In this document: positions 39,500 through 46,964 of the stretch, in pieces | How the letters are laid out: every line of letters starts with the position of its first letter | Position numbering within the stretch: position 1 is the stretch's first letter | Origin: Butyrivibrio sp. | GTDB taxonomy: Bacteria > Bacillota > Clostridia > Lachnospirales > Lachnospiraceae | NCBI GenBank assembly: GCA_041583675.1 | Contig: JBFHFI010000001.1 | Location: forward strand, 1 to 46,964 | Length of the DNA stretch: 46,964 nt | Direction of reading: 5' to 3' | Notes under the pieces: model-generated | Told to the model about the DNA's origin: nothing | Databases searched by the model: none | Seen by the model: only the letters and a program-made list of their open reading frames with translations | Translations under genes and position numbers: made by a program

Positions 39500-39910
39500 T
39501 TATTTCTGAACGATCTTAATCATTTCTGAAGTCCCCATAATCTCAAGACTAAAGCTAAGCTTACCACTAATATTGGTCTTCATACTTCCAATGCTAGTCT
39601 CATCTACATAGATCTCATATTCTGTGGATGGTTCTAATTCCATTGTTATCTGTGGATCTTCAACACCTTCAACTTCCATTGTTACAAGACCATCTTGCAT
39701 TGATAACTTATGAACTGCCGTTCCTGGAACTGACTCATATATGAGCATTCCGTTTTTCTCTAATTTGGTAATTTCCTTAAACGTCTTTACCTTATAGATG
39801 TCTCCATTAAATTCAACGTTATCTAGCTTTGACTTTGTGTCTAAATGATAATCACCAAAACTAATTGTATTATCATCTTCAATACGAATTAATCCGTCTA
39901 TTACAGACAT
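39500..39910 (-). CDS. Hypothetical beta-rich cytoplasmic protein
   Basis: SD AGGAGG before ATG 39910 (MSVIDGLIR...YKVKTFKEITKLEKNG...YESVPGT); no recognised catalytic motif. Confidence 0.75.
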   Translation of the reverse strand: MSVIDGLIRIEDDNTISFGDYHLDTKSKLDNVEFNGDIYKVKTFKEITKLEKNGMLIYESVPGTAVHKLSMQDGLVTMEVEGVEDPQITMELEPSTEYEIYVDETSIGSMKTNISGKLSFSLEIMGTSEMIKIVQK

Positions 39911-40025
39911 GTACGTTCCTCCTGTATTCCAAATAATTTGTATCCGTGCTCTACATTGGCACAAGACCTATTGGGAATTTCTATTTATTCTATTATTATA
40001 ATATAAACAGCGTTTTAATTCTACA

Positions 40026-42494
40026 CTATTTTACAGAAAACATTAGTTTTTCGTCCGATTTCTCAATTTCTTCTAAGGAACCCTGATAACTAACCAATAC
40101 ATTATCTCCTTCTTTCACTTTTCCAATTAAGATTTGTTCTGCTAATTCGTCTTCTACTTTGCTTTGCAATGCTCTTTTAAGAGGTCTTGCTCCATATTTC
40201 TGATCATACCCTGATTCAATAATGAATTTTTTTGCATTTTCATCTAATTCAATTGTTAGATCCATTTGTTCTGTAATCCTACTATTAATTGAATTAACCA
40301 TGATATCCACAATCTGTCCAACATTTTCCTTGGTAAGCATATGAAATACAATCATTTCATCAATACGATTTAAAAATTCTGGTTTAAATATTCTTCTTAC
40401 TTCTTCCATTACCTTGGATTTCATTGTTTTATATTCCTGATCTGGATCTGTAGAAGCACTAAAACCAAGATTTTTAGGTGCTATTATATTCTCTGCCCCT
40501 GCATTACTGGTCATAATAATAATTGTATTTTTAAAATCAATTTTTCGTCCTGTAGAATCTGTAACCAAACCATCATCTAATATTTGTAATAAAATATTAA
40601 ATACATCTGGATGTGCTTTTTCAATTTCATCAAACAATACAACTGAATATGGATTTCTTCTTACTTTTTCACTAAGTTGGCCACCTTCTTCATATCCAAC
40701 ATATCCAGGAGGAGAACCTATCATCTTAGAAACGCTATGTTTTTCCATATATTCAGACATATCTACTCGAATTAAAGAAGCCTCATTTCCAAACATAGCA
40801 TCTGCTAAAGTTCTAGAAAGCTCTGTTTTTCCTACACCTGTTGGTCCTAAAAACAAAAAGGAACCTGTTGGTCTTTTTGGATCTTTTAATCCCACTCTAC
40901 CTCTTCTTATTGCCTTTGCTATGGCATCCACGGCTTCTTCCTGACCTACCACTCTTTGATGAAGAGTCTCTTCTAACTGCATTAATTTTTCCGATTCACC
41001 TAGTGCTAATTTCTGAATTGGAATTTTCGTCCAATCAGCTACCGCAGAAGCAATATCATCTTCTGTAACTGTAAGGGTACGATCTGCTTTATCTTTTTGC
41101 CATTTAGTATTTAATTTCTCCAGTTTTTCAATTTTTTTAAGCTGTTTTTTCTTAATGTCTCCAGCTTTTTCATATGCTTCTATTTTAATTGCATCTTCTT
41201 TGGTTTGGTCCATTTTTGCAATTTCAATTTCTAATTTACCAATTTCTGGCGGCTTTACATAAGTCCCTAATCTAGCTTTAGAAGATGCTTCATCGATTAA
41301 ATCAATCGCTTTATCTGGTAAAAATCTATCATTAATATATCTTTTTGACATTTTCACAGCTGCAACTAATGCATCATCTGTAATGGTCACTGAATGATGA
41401 TCTTCATAAGCGCCTCTTAAACCTTTTAATATTTCAATGGCTTGCTCTTCAGAAGGTTCTTCCACATTTACAGGTTGAAATCTTCTTTCTAATGCAGTAT
41501 CTTTCTCAATATATTTACGATATTCATTAATGGTTGTAGCACCTACAATCTGAACTTCTCCTCTTGCCAAAGAAGGTTTCAGAATATTAGAAGCATCAAT
41601 TGCACCTTCTGCTCCACCTGCTCCTATAATCGTATGGAGCTCATCAATAAACAATAATACATTTCCAGCACTTCTTACTTCATTAATTACTTTTTTAATT
41701 CTTTCTTCAAATTCTCCTCTATATTTGGATCCCGCTATCATTCCAGATAAATCCAATGTCAAAAGTCTTTTATCCTTTATTGTATCCGGCACATCTCCGT
41801 CCACGATTTTAATTGCAAGCCCCTCTACTATGGCTGTTTTACCAACTCCTGGTTCTCCAACCAAACATGGATTATTTTTAGTTCTTCTACTACTAATCTG
41901 AATTAAACGTTGAATCTCCACTTCTCTCCCTATTACTGGGTCAAGTTTACCTTCTCTCGCTAATTGCGTTAAATCCCTACTATACTGATCCAAGGTTGCT
42001 GTCTGAGATTTCTTTTTATTTTTATTCATTCCTATTTCTTCTTTATAGGCATTGCCATCTTCTCCCATAGCAATCATAAGGTCTATATATACTTTTTGAA
42101 TGCTGATACCTATTGTATTTAACAATCTCGTTGCAACACTTTCATTTTCTTTAATCATTCCAATTAAAATATGTTCAGTCCCTACCAGTTGGGAACCAAA
42201 TCTCTTAGCCTCTCTTCTAGCACTTTCAAGAATTCTAACTGATCTTGGTGTATAAGAATCTGGTTCTGTAATACCCACTCTCATATCAGGATTAATCAAC
42301 TGATTCACAATTTCAATTACTTTTTCCTCACTTACACCATTTTTCACAAGCACAGAATTTGCCATACAATCTTCTGTTCTTAAAAGACCTACTAAAATAT
42401 GTTCAGATCCTACACTTCCATGTCCAAATTCAAATGCAGCACTTGCTGCGTATTGTAATGCCTCTTCGGCTTTTTTTGTAAATCCACTTTGCAT
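40026..42494 (-). CDS. clpC: ATP-dependent Clp protease ATP-binding subunit ClpC
   Basis: Two Clp-N repeats (EHIL), GEPGVGKT, UVR middle domain, GPTGVGKT, LGF ClpP-binding loop, GARPL. Confidence 0.96.
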   Translation of the reverse strand: MQSGFTKKAEEALQYAASAAFEFGHGSVGSEHILVGLLRTEDCMANSVLVKNGVSEEKVIEIVNQLINPDMRVGITEPDSYTPRSVRILESARREAKRFGSQLVGTEHILIGMIKENESVATRLLNTIGISIQKVYIDLMIAMGEDGNAYKEEIGMNKNKKKSQTATLDQYSRDLTQLAREGKLDPVIGREVEIQRLIQISSRRTKNNPCLVGEPGVGKTAIVEGLAIKIVDGDVPDTIKDKRLLTLDLSGMIAGSKYRGEFEERIKKVINEVRSAGNVLLFIDELHTIIGAGGAEGAIDASNILKPSLARGEVQIVGATTINEYRKYIEKDTALERRFQPVNVEEPSEEQAIEILKGLRGAYEDHHSVTITDDALVAAVKMSKRYINDRFLPDKAIDLIDEASSKARLGTYVKPPEIGKLEIEIAKMDQTKEDAIKIEAYEKAGDIKKKQLKKIEKLEKLNTKWQKDKADRTLTVTEDDIASAVADWTKIPIQKLALGESEKLMQLEETLHQRVVGQEEAVDAIAKAIRRGRVGLKDPKRPTGSFLFLGPTGVGKTELSRTLADAMFGNEASLIRVDMSEYMEKHSVSKMIGSPPGYVGYEEGGQLSEKVRRNPYSVVLFDEIEKAHPDVFNILLQILDDGLVTDSTGRKIDFKNTIIIMTSNAGAENIIAPKNLGFSASTDPDQEYKTMKSKVMEEVRRIFKPEFLNRIDEMIVFHMLTKENVGQIVDIMVNSINSRITEQMDLTIELDENAKKFIIESGYDQKYGARPLKRALQSKVEDELAEQILIGKVKEGDNVLVSYQGSLEEIEKSDEKLMFSVK

Positions 42495-42515
42495 AAAATA
42501 CCTTCCTCTCTCAAA

Positions 42516-43541
42516 TTAAATTACATTCGGTATGTTTTCTCTTATATATTGCGCTCTCGCCATGTCCACCTCTTCCACAGAAAGAGATTTCGGACTCTTA
42601 TTATCAATAACGGATGTTTGAATATCCATCACAATTCTATTAATTCTATATTGGTCCATATTCTCAAATTTTAAAATTCCCAACGATATTCCAAGCATAA
42701 TCTCTGAAATCAAGGTCATAGCGTCTTTCATATCTAATTTACGGGCGTATTTCATCACTCCGTAGGATTTATGAATCTCGTCTTCCATCTGAATTCTATC
42801 TGCATCATAAAAATAATCTCTTTGATCTCTTTCTTGATTAATCAACTGATTTACAATATCATCTAGATCTCTAATAATCTCTGATTCTTCCTGTCCCAAG
42901 GATTTTTGGCTGGATACCTGATAAAGATCTCCATATCCTCCTTCAGAATCTCCATATAGGGTTTTGAATTTAATTCCAAATCTAGCTAATTCTGTACTAA
43001 TACGAGTTAATCTTCTCGCTTCTGTTAATGCCGGTAAATGCAAAGTATAACTAGCTCTCATTCCTGTTCCTATATTGGTAGGAAAAATAGTTTTATACCC
43101 ATATTTTTCATCATAAGCATAATCAAATCGGCCATCAATATAATCATCAATTTCATTGGCTTTTTTAAAACAACTCATTAAATTCATTCCGCTAGATAAC
43201 ACCTGTATTCTAACATGATCTTCCGCATTTAACATAATTGAGGTGCCTTCATCTGGTGATAATAAAACCGCACCTTTTCCTGCTGCAAGATAGGATCCAA
43301 TCTGCCTTTTTTCCCTTAATGCATTTCTTCTGGATTCACTACAATTACTCATATAGATACAATTATATTCGTCTACAAAATCTTCCTGAAATCGATTGAC
43401 AACTTCTCCTGTCATCTTTGCTGCATCCTCGGCCGAAATTCGGTCTGCAAATAAATATTCATTGAAATTTCTTGCAAGTCTAATTCTACTAGAAAGTACT
43501 ACATCTTCATTTTTCCCTTTTTGATCATACCACTTAGTCAT
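42516..43541 (-). CDS. mcsB: McsB-like ATP:guanido phosphotransferase (divergent active site)
   Basis: SSRIRLARN, NAEDHVR, FPTNIGTGMRAS, LYQVSSQKSLG; synteny mcsA-mcsB-clpC. Start 43541. Confidence 0.85.
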   Translation of the reverse strand: MTKWYDQKGKNEDVVLSSRIRLARNFNEYLFADRISAEDAAKMTGEVVNRFQEDFVDEYNCIYMSNCSESRRNALREKRQIGSYLAAGKGAVLLSPDEGTSIMLNAEDHVRIQVLSSGMNLMSCFKKANEIDDYIDGRFDYAYDEKYGYKTIFPTNIGTGMRASYTLHLPALTEARRLTRISTELARFGIKFKTLYGDSEGGYGDLYQVSSQKSLGQEESEIIRDLDDIVNQLINQERDQRDYFYDADRIQMEDEIHKSYGVMKYARKLDMKDAMTLISEIMLGISLGILKFENMDQYRINRIVMDIQTSVIDNKSPKSLSVEEVDMARAQYIRENIPNVI

Positions 43542-44106
43542 CAGAGCCTTCCTTTCCTTTGAGTTCTGCAATCATATCTCTACATTTAGCCGCTTCTGAA
43601 AAATCTTCCTCTTTAACAGCTGTTCTTAATCGTTTATCCAAAATCTCAATCTCAATTTTAATGTCTTTTTCTTCATGCATTTCCTGAATCTCTTTCATTG
43701 TCTTTGCACCTTCTGCTCTATAAGCCAAAGGACGCTTTCCTACATGCGTATCGCTTCCCTGAAGTCTTTTAATTTTATCTGAAATCAAGAGCCCAAAAAC
43801 ATCATAACATTCTGGACAACCAAAACTAGAATTATGAATAAATTCTCCATAAGTCATCTTACAATTAGGACATTGCACCTGTATGGCTGGATCTTGATCT
43901 TCTGTATCTTTAGAATCTAGCTGTCTTCCAAATATTCCTGAAAGGAGTTTTGTGAAATTCAAGTCATTATCAAATGCATTTGTGTAGTAACTTACATCTG
44001 TCTTAGCCGCACACTCTCCACAGAGATGATGTTCATTCTTAATTCCATTAATAATTTCCGTATAATGAAATGTCGCCAAATTCTTTTTACACTTTTCACA
44101 TAACAT
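43534..44106 (-). CDS. mcsA: McsA (CxxC zinc motifs plus UVR domain)
   Basis: MLCEKC, LCGEC, CPNC, GCPECY, HVGKRP, EDFSEAAKCRD. Confidence 0.92.
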   Translation of the reverse strand: MLCEKCKKNLATFHYTEIINGIKNEHHLCGECAAKTDVSYYTNAFDNDLNFTKLLSGIFGRQLDSKDTEDQDPAIQVQCPNCKMTYGEFIHNSSFGCPECYDVFGLLISDKIKRLQGSDTHVGKRPLAYRAEGAKTMKEIQEMHEEKDIKIEIEILDKRLRTAVKEEDFSEAAKCRDMIAELKGKEGSDD

Positions 44107-44167
44107 ATTTAATTCCTCCTTTTACCTCATTAAAATATAATTATTCCTTCTTGTAATAATTAATATT

Positions 44168-44551
44168 TTAATTTTCGTTTTCATTTTCAAATTCACTAAT
44201 AATACTATCTATTAACGTATGTATCTCATCTGTTTTCACATTTTTGCACATTGCTTTTGCAATAACGACTCTTAACTCATCTGACAAAGTTTGCATTGCT
44301 TGAATTCTATCAACGTCCAAGGCTATAATTGCACCATGTCTTCTATCAAGCTTAATATACCCTTCTTGTCTTAATAAAGTATATGCTTTATTAACTGTAT
44401 GCATATTAATTCCTATTATTTCTGCCAATTGTCTTACTGAAGGCAATGAATCCCCTTCGCGCATCTGCTCATTTGCAATTCCAAAGATAACTTGATTACA
44501 CAACTGCATATACAAGGCTTCATCACTATTAAAATCAATTCTAAAAATCAC
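44168..44551 (-). CDS. GntR family regulator, short YtrA-type
   Basis: LYMQL, GDSLPSVRQLA, NMHTVNKAY..L..EG; 127 aa; GTG start. Confidence 0.9.
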   Translation of the reverse strand: MIFRIDFNSDEALYMQLCNQVIFGIANEQMREGDSLPSVRQLAEIIGINMHTVNKAYTLLRQEGYIKLDRRHGAIIALDVDRIQAMQTLSDELRVVIAKAMCKNVKTDEIHTLIDSIISEFENENEN

Positions 44552-44596
44552 TTAACCACCTCTTCTTCTGTCGTATCTAAGATTGCAGTTCCTAAC

Positions 44597-44637
44597 TGTT
44601 ATATATCTACTATAACAAAGAAACGTAGGAAAATCAA
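44597..44637 (-). promoter_or_regulatory. Sigma-A promoter overlapped by a YtrA-type operator
   Basis: TTGATT(44632-37)-N17-TATAGT(44609-14); palindrome TGTTATA-N7-TATAACA at 44597-44617. Confidence 0.7.
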
Positions 44638-44659
44638 CCTTTTTGATTTCCTACGTTTC
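44620..44659 (-). terminator. Terminator of the cohesin-like gene, overlapping the gntR promoter
   Basis: GAAACGTAGGAAA / TTTCCTACGTTTC inverted repeat. Confidence 0.7.
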
Positions 44660-44678
44660 AACTATGTTTTAAATTCTT

Positions 44679-46775
44679 TTATAAAAAAGTCTCTTCGTCT
44701 TCATCTGTTTGAATATCCACTGTTTGAATATCTTCTTCCGATTCTTCAGGCTCTTTTTCTTGCTCTATTGGTTCTATTTCATCATCATCATCTGTAATCT
44801 CAATGATTTCTGCTTGAATATCATCTGTATCGTCGTCATCTTCCTCTTCAGGGTCTTCGGAATTCTCTTGTTCTTGCAATTCTTCAGTTTCTTTTACATT
44901 CATAGCTTCTTGTTCAAAAGAATTCATCTCTTCTTCTGTAATCTCTTCTCCTGTAATCTCTTCATCTATAGTTGTTTTCCCTATTATTTCATCTTCTAAA
45001 GATTCTAATTCCACTTCTTCAATCGAGCTTTCTTCTATATTATTTTGTAGATTTTGTTCTGATTCTTCTTCCTGCTCTTCTTCCTGCTCTTCTTTCACTT
45101 CTTCTTCCGAATCCATTGGATCTTGCATAGCTGCAACAAAATCTGCCCTATTAACTTCATCCTCCTGATACTCTTGTACCAATTCAGACTCCTTTGATTC
45201 TTCCATTAAATATTCTTCGTCAGAATCTTGTATTCCTATCGCATAATCCACTTCCTCAGAATCTTGTAATTCTTCTAACTCATCTGGGTCTTCTGGGTCT
45301 TCTGGGTCTTCTGGGTCTTCAGAATCTTTGTTTCTTTTTGCAAAGAGAATTAATAATAATACAGCAATTAAAACCGCAACACCTGCTACTGCTAAAATAA
45401 TAATTTTCAAAATTTTAATTTGAGATTCTACAGAATCATTCACTGTCTGAGCACTTTGATATTCACTAGACAATTGATTGTATTCACTTTCCAAGCTACT
45501 ATATTCTTCATCTACAGTTGTTTCTTGGTCTGCTTCTGATATATTCATTCTCTGTATAGAACCATCTAATGCATCATAGCTATACCATTTTACATCTCCG
45601 GCACTATTCATTGCATATATATATACGAAATCTGAATCTGTTGTACTTACATAAGCTGTTATCTTATCTCCGAAAACATCTGTTGTTGTAAGTGAAGTTC
45701 CTGCTGGTACATAACTTGTATCTGCTGTATTCATAAGAATATATGTATTTCCATCAGCTTCTACTTCTTGATATTTAAAGAAAGTATCTTTCTCTTCATT
45801 ATAAAGATAAAATGCTGTTTGTTTGTTAGAATTTTGTAAAAGATATCCTGTTAATCCTAATGAACTATTTACGCCACCTCTTACTTCTCCATCTTTGTAA
45901 GTTAAGCTCTTTAATTCAAATCCACTTGGAAGATCCTCTTCTGAAAAATCCGAAGTAATTTCATAATTCACTCCATCAATGGTAATTCCTACTTCATCAA
46001 TTGCTTCTGTGGTTGGTGCTTCCGTAGTTGTTGGTGGTTCTGTAGGTGCATCCGATCTCACAATATTAATCGTATAATTCCGCGTAGTCCCATTTTCCGC
46101 TATTACCGTAATCGTAACTGGGTTACTTCCATAATTAAGTACTACAGGATTACTTGTACTCATCGATGATGTCGCTGTGCTTTGGGATTTTGTATAATTA
46201 ATATTAGCTGATGTAACTGTGTCTGCAACATAAGCTGTATAGCTTGTTGTCCCAGATGAAAATCCAGGGTCAAGCCCTGCCTCATTAACACTTAAAGAAC
46301 TTAAACTCGCATCATCTGACCCCAAAGCACCAATGAAAATTGAAGTGTTTGAAACAGTAGGTATAAATTGCTCACTATTACCATCTCCATAAAGCCCTCA
46401 ATCAACAATAGAAATAGCTGCTGTTCCAACACTCTGTGCTTCAAATGTAAAAGACCATGATTCAGAATTTTTCAAAGTGTCTGTATCTAAGTTCATAAAA
46501 TTAATAGACAACGGATTTGAACCACTTACATCTCCACTGATATATTTCAATTTAGAAGTGTCATATTGAAGATAATACTGTGCACCTGAAACCCCCGAAC
46601 TATTAGTTACTGTTACTGTCACTGTCACCTGCTTCCCCACTGTTGTGGAAGAGCTACTTGTTGTAATCGTTATGCTTCCCGTACTGGCAGCCTCTATTTT
46701 GATGCTATTCATATAAATTGTCATTATAAAAAGAATAGAACATAATAGATATATATTTATTTTTTTGATTTTCAT
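44679..46775 (-). pseudogene. Membrane-anchored cohesin-like + cadherin-like beta-sandwich protein with acidic cytoplasmic tail, interrupted by one in-frame TGA (nonsense allele or readthrough)
   Basis: ORFs 46398-46775 and 44679-46325 are in the same frame; the 24 codons between them are open (ISIVD*GLYGDGNSEQFIPTVSNTSIFIGALGSDDASL). Domain order: signal peptide, cohesin-like (VTVTV...LQYDTSKLKY...FTFEA), cadherin-like (SDDASLSSL...PGF...VIAENG), coiled coil, TM, Glu/Asp tail. Confidence 0.75.
45283..45318 (-). repeat. 9-bp intragenic tandem repeat x4 (EDP tripeptide)
   Basis: TCTGGGTCT x4. Confidence 0.9.
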
Positions 46776-46786
46776 TACACTCTCCT

Positions 46787-46964
46787 TTATCTTGTTTGCA
46801 CTATAGCTTTATTTTGTAAGACATATCCTCGAAATTTTAGAAAGTCTAATAAATTAATAACTCCATCGTCTGATGCATCCATATTTGCTGCTTCCAAATA
46901 AACTCCACTCAAGCCAGTATCTTCTAATATTTTTTTCCTAAGCTTCAAAAAATCTAAAAGATTA
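46787..46964 (-). CDS. C-terminus of a dockerin-domain protein (5' end outside the window)
   Basis: Manual translation NLLDFLKLRKKILEDTGLSGVYLEAANMDASDDGVINLLDFLKFRGYVLQNKAIVQTR*: duplicated loop/helix motif typical of dockerins. The stop abuts the SD of the next gene. Confidence 0.78.
   Translation of the reverse strand, partial: NLLDFLKLRKKILEDTGLSGVYLEAANMDASDDGVINLLDFLKFRGYVLQNKAIVQTR

Noticed and set aside
306-45400. Numerous 60-150 aa ORFs overlapping larger genes (e.g. 306-527, 28464-28910, 36277-36663, 39054-39461)
   Set aside because: Antisense or out-of-frame shadows of well-supported CDSs, with no motifs or evident SD.
46398-46400. Genome-wide UGA reassignment
   Set aside because: Several full-length genes (iclR, iolC, ABC ATPase, soluble MCP) end at TGA at the expected position.

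Overview
AT-rich chromosomal segment of a low-GC Firmicute. Gene content suggests Clostridia, probably Lachnospiraceae-like (inference). The left part (1-37 kb) is accessory. It holds a GGDEF protein, an M20 hydrolase/YfcC transporter pair, a ferritin-like/VIT1 fusion, a Vat/CatB-like acetyltransferase and a CotH-family lipoprotein with octapeptide repeats. Two paralogous chemoreceptor genes sandwich an IclR / stand-alone FIST / aldehyde dehydrogenase cassette. A myo-inositol catabolic cluster (ABC transporter, iolC-J-B-E, TIM-barrel isomerase, iolG, two-subunit CoA-transferase, iolD, DeoR regulator) has no iolA. A FlxA-like protein and a large CnaB/SpaA surface protein follow. After tRNA-Trp(CCA) come a sensor-less chemoreceptor-like gene preceded by a GC-rich 4x42-bp tandem hairpin array, then radA and clpC-mcsB-mcsA headed by a GntR/YtrA-type regulator instead of ctsR. 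At the right end is a dockerin-bearing gene followed by a membrane-anchored cohesin-like gene interrupted by one in-frame TGA. No transposase, integrase, rRNA or CRISPR array was seen. All family calls come from motif recognition by eye, not database searches.
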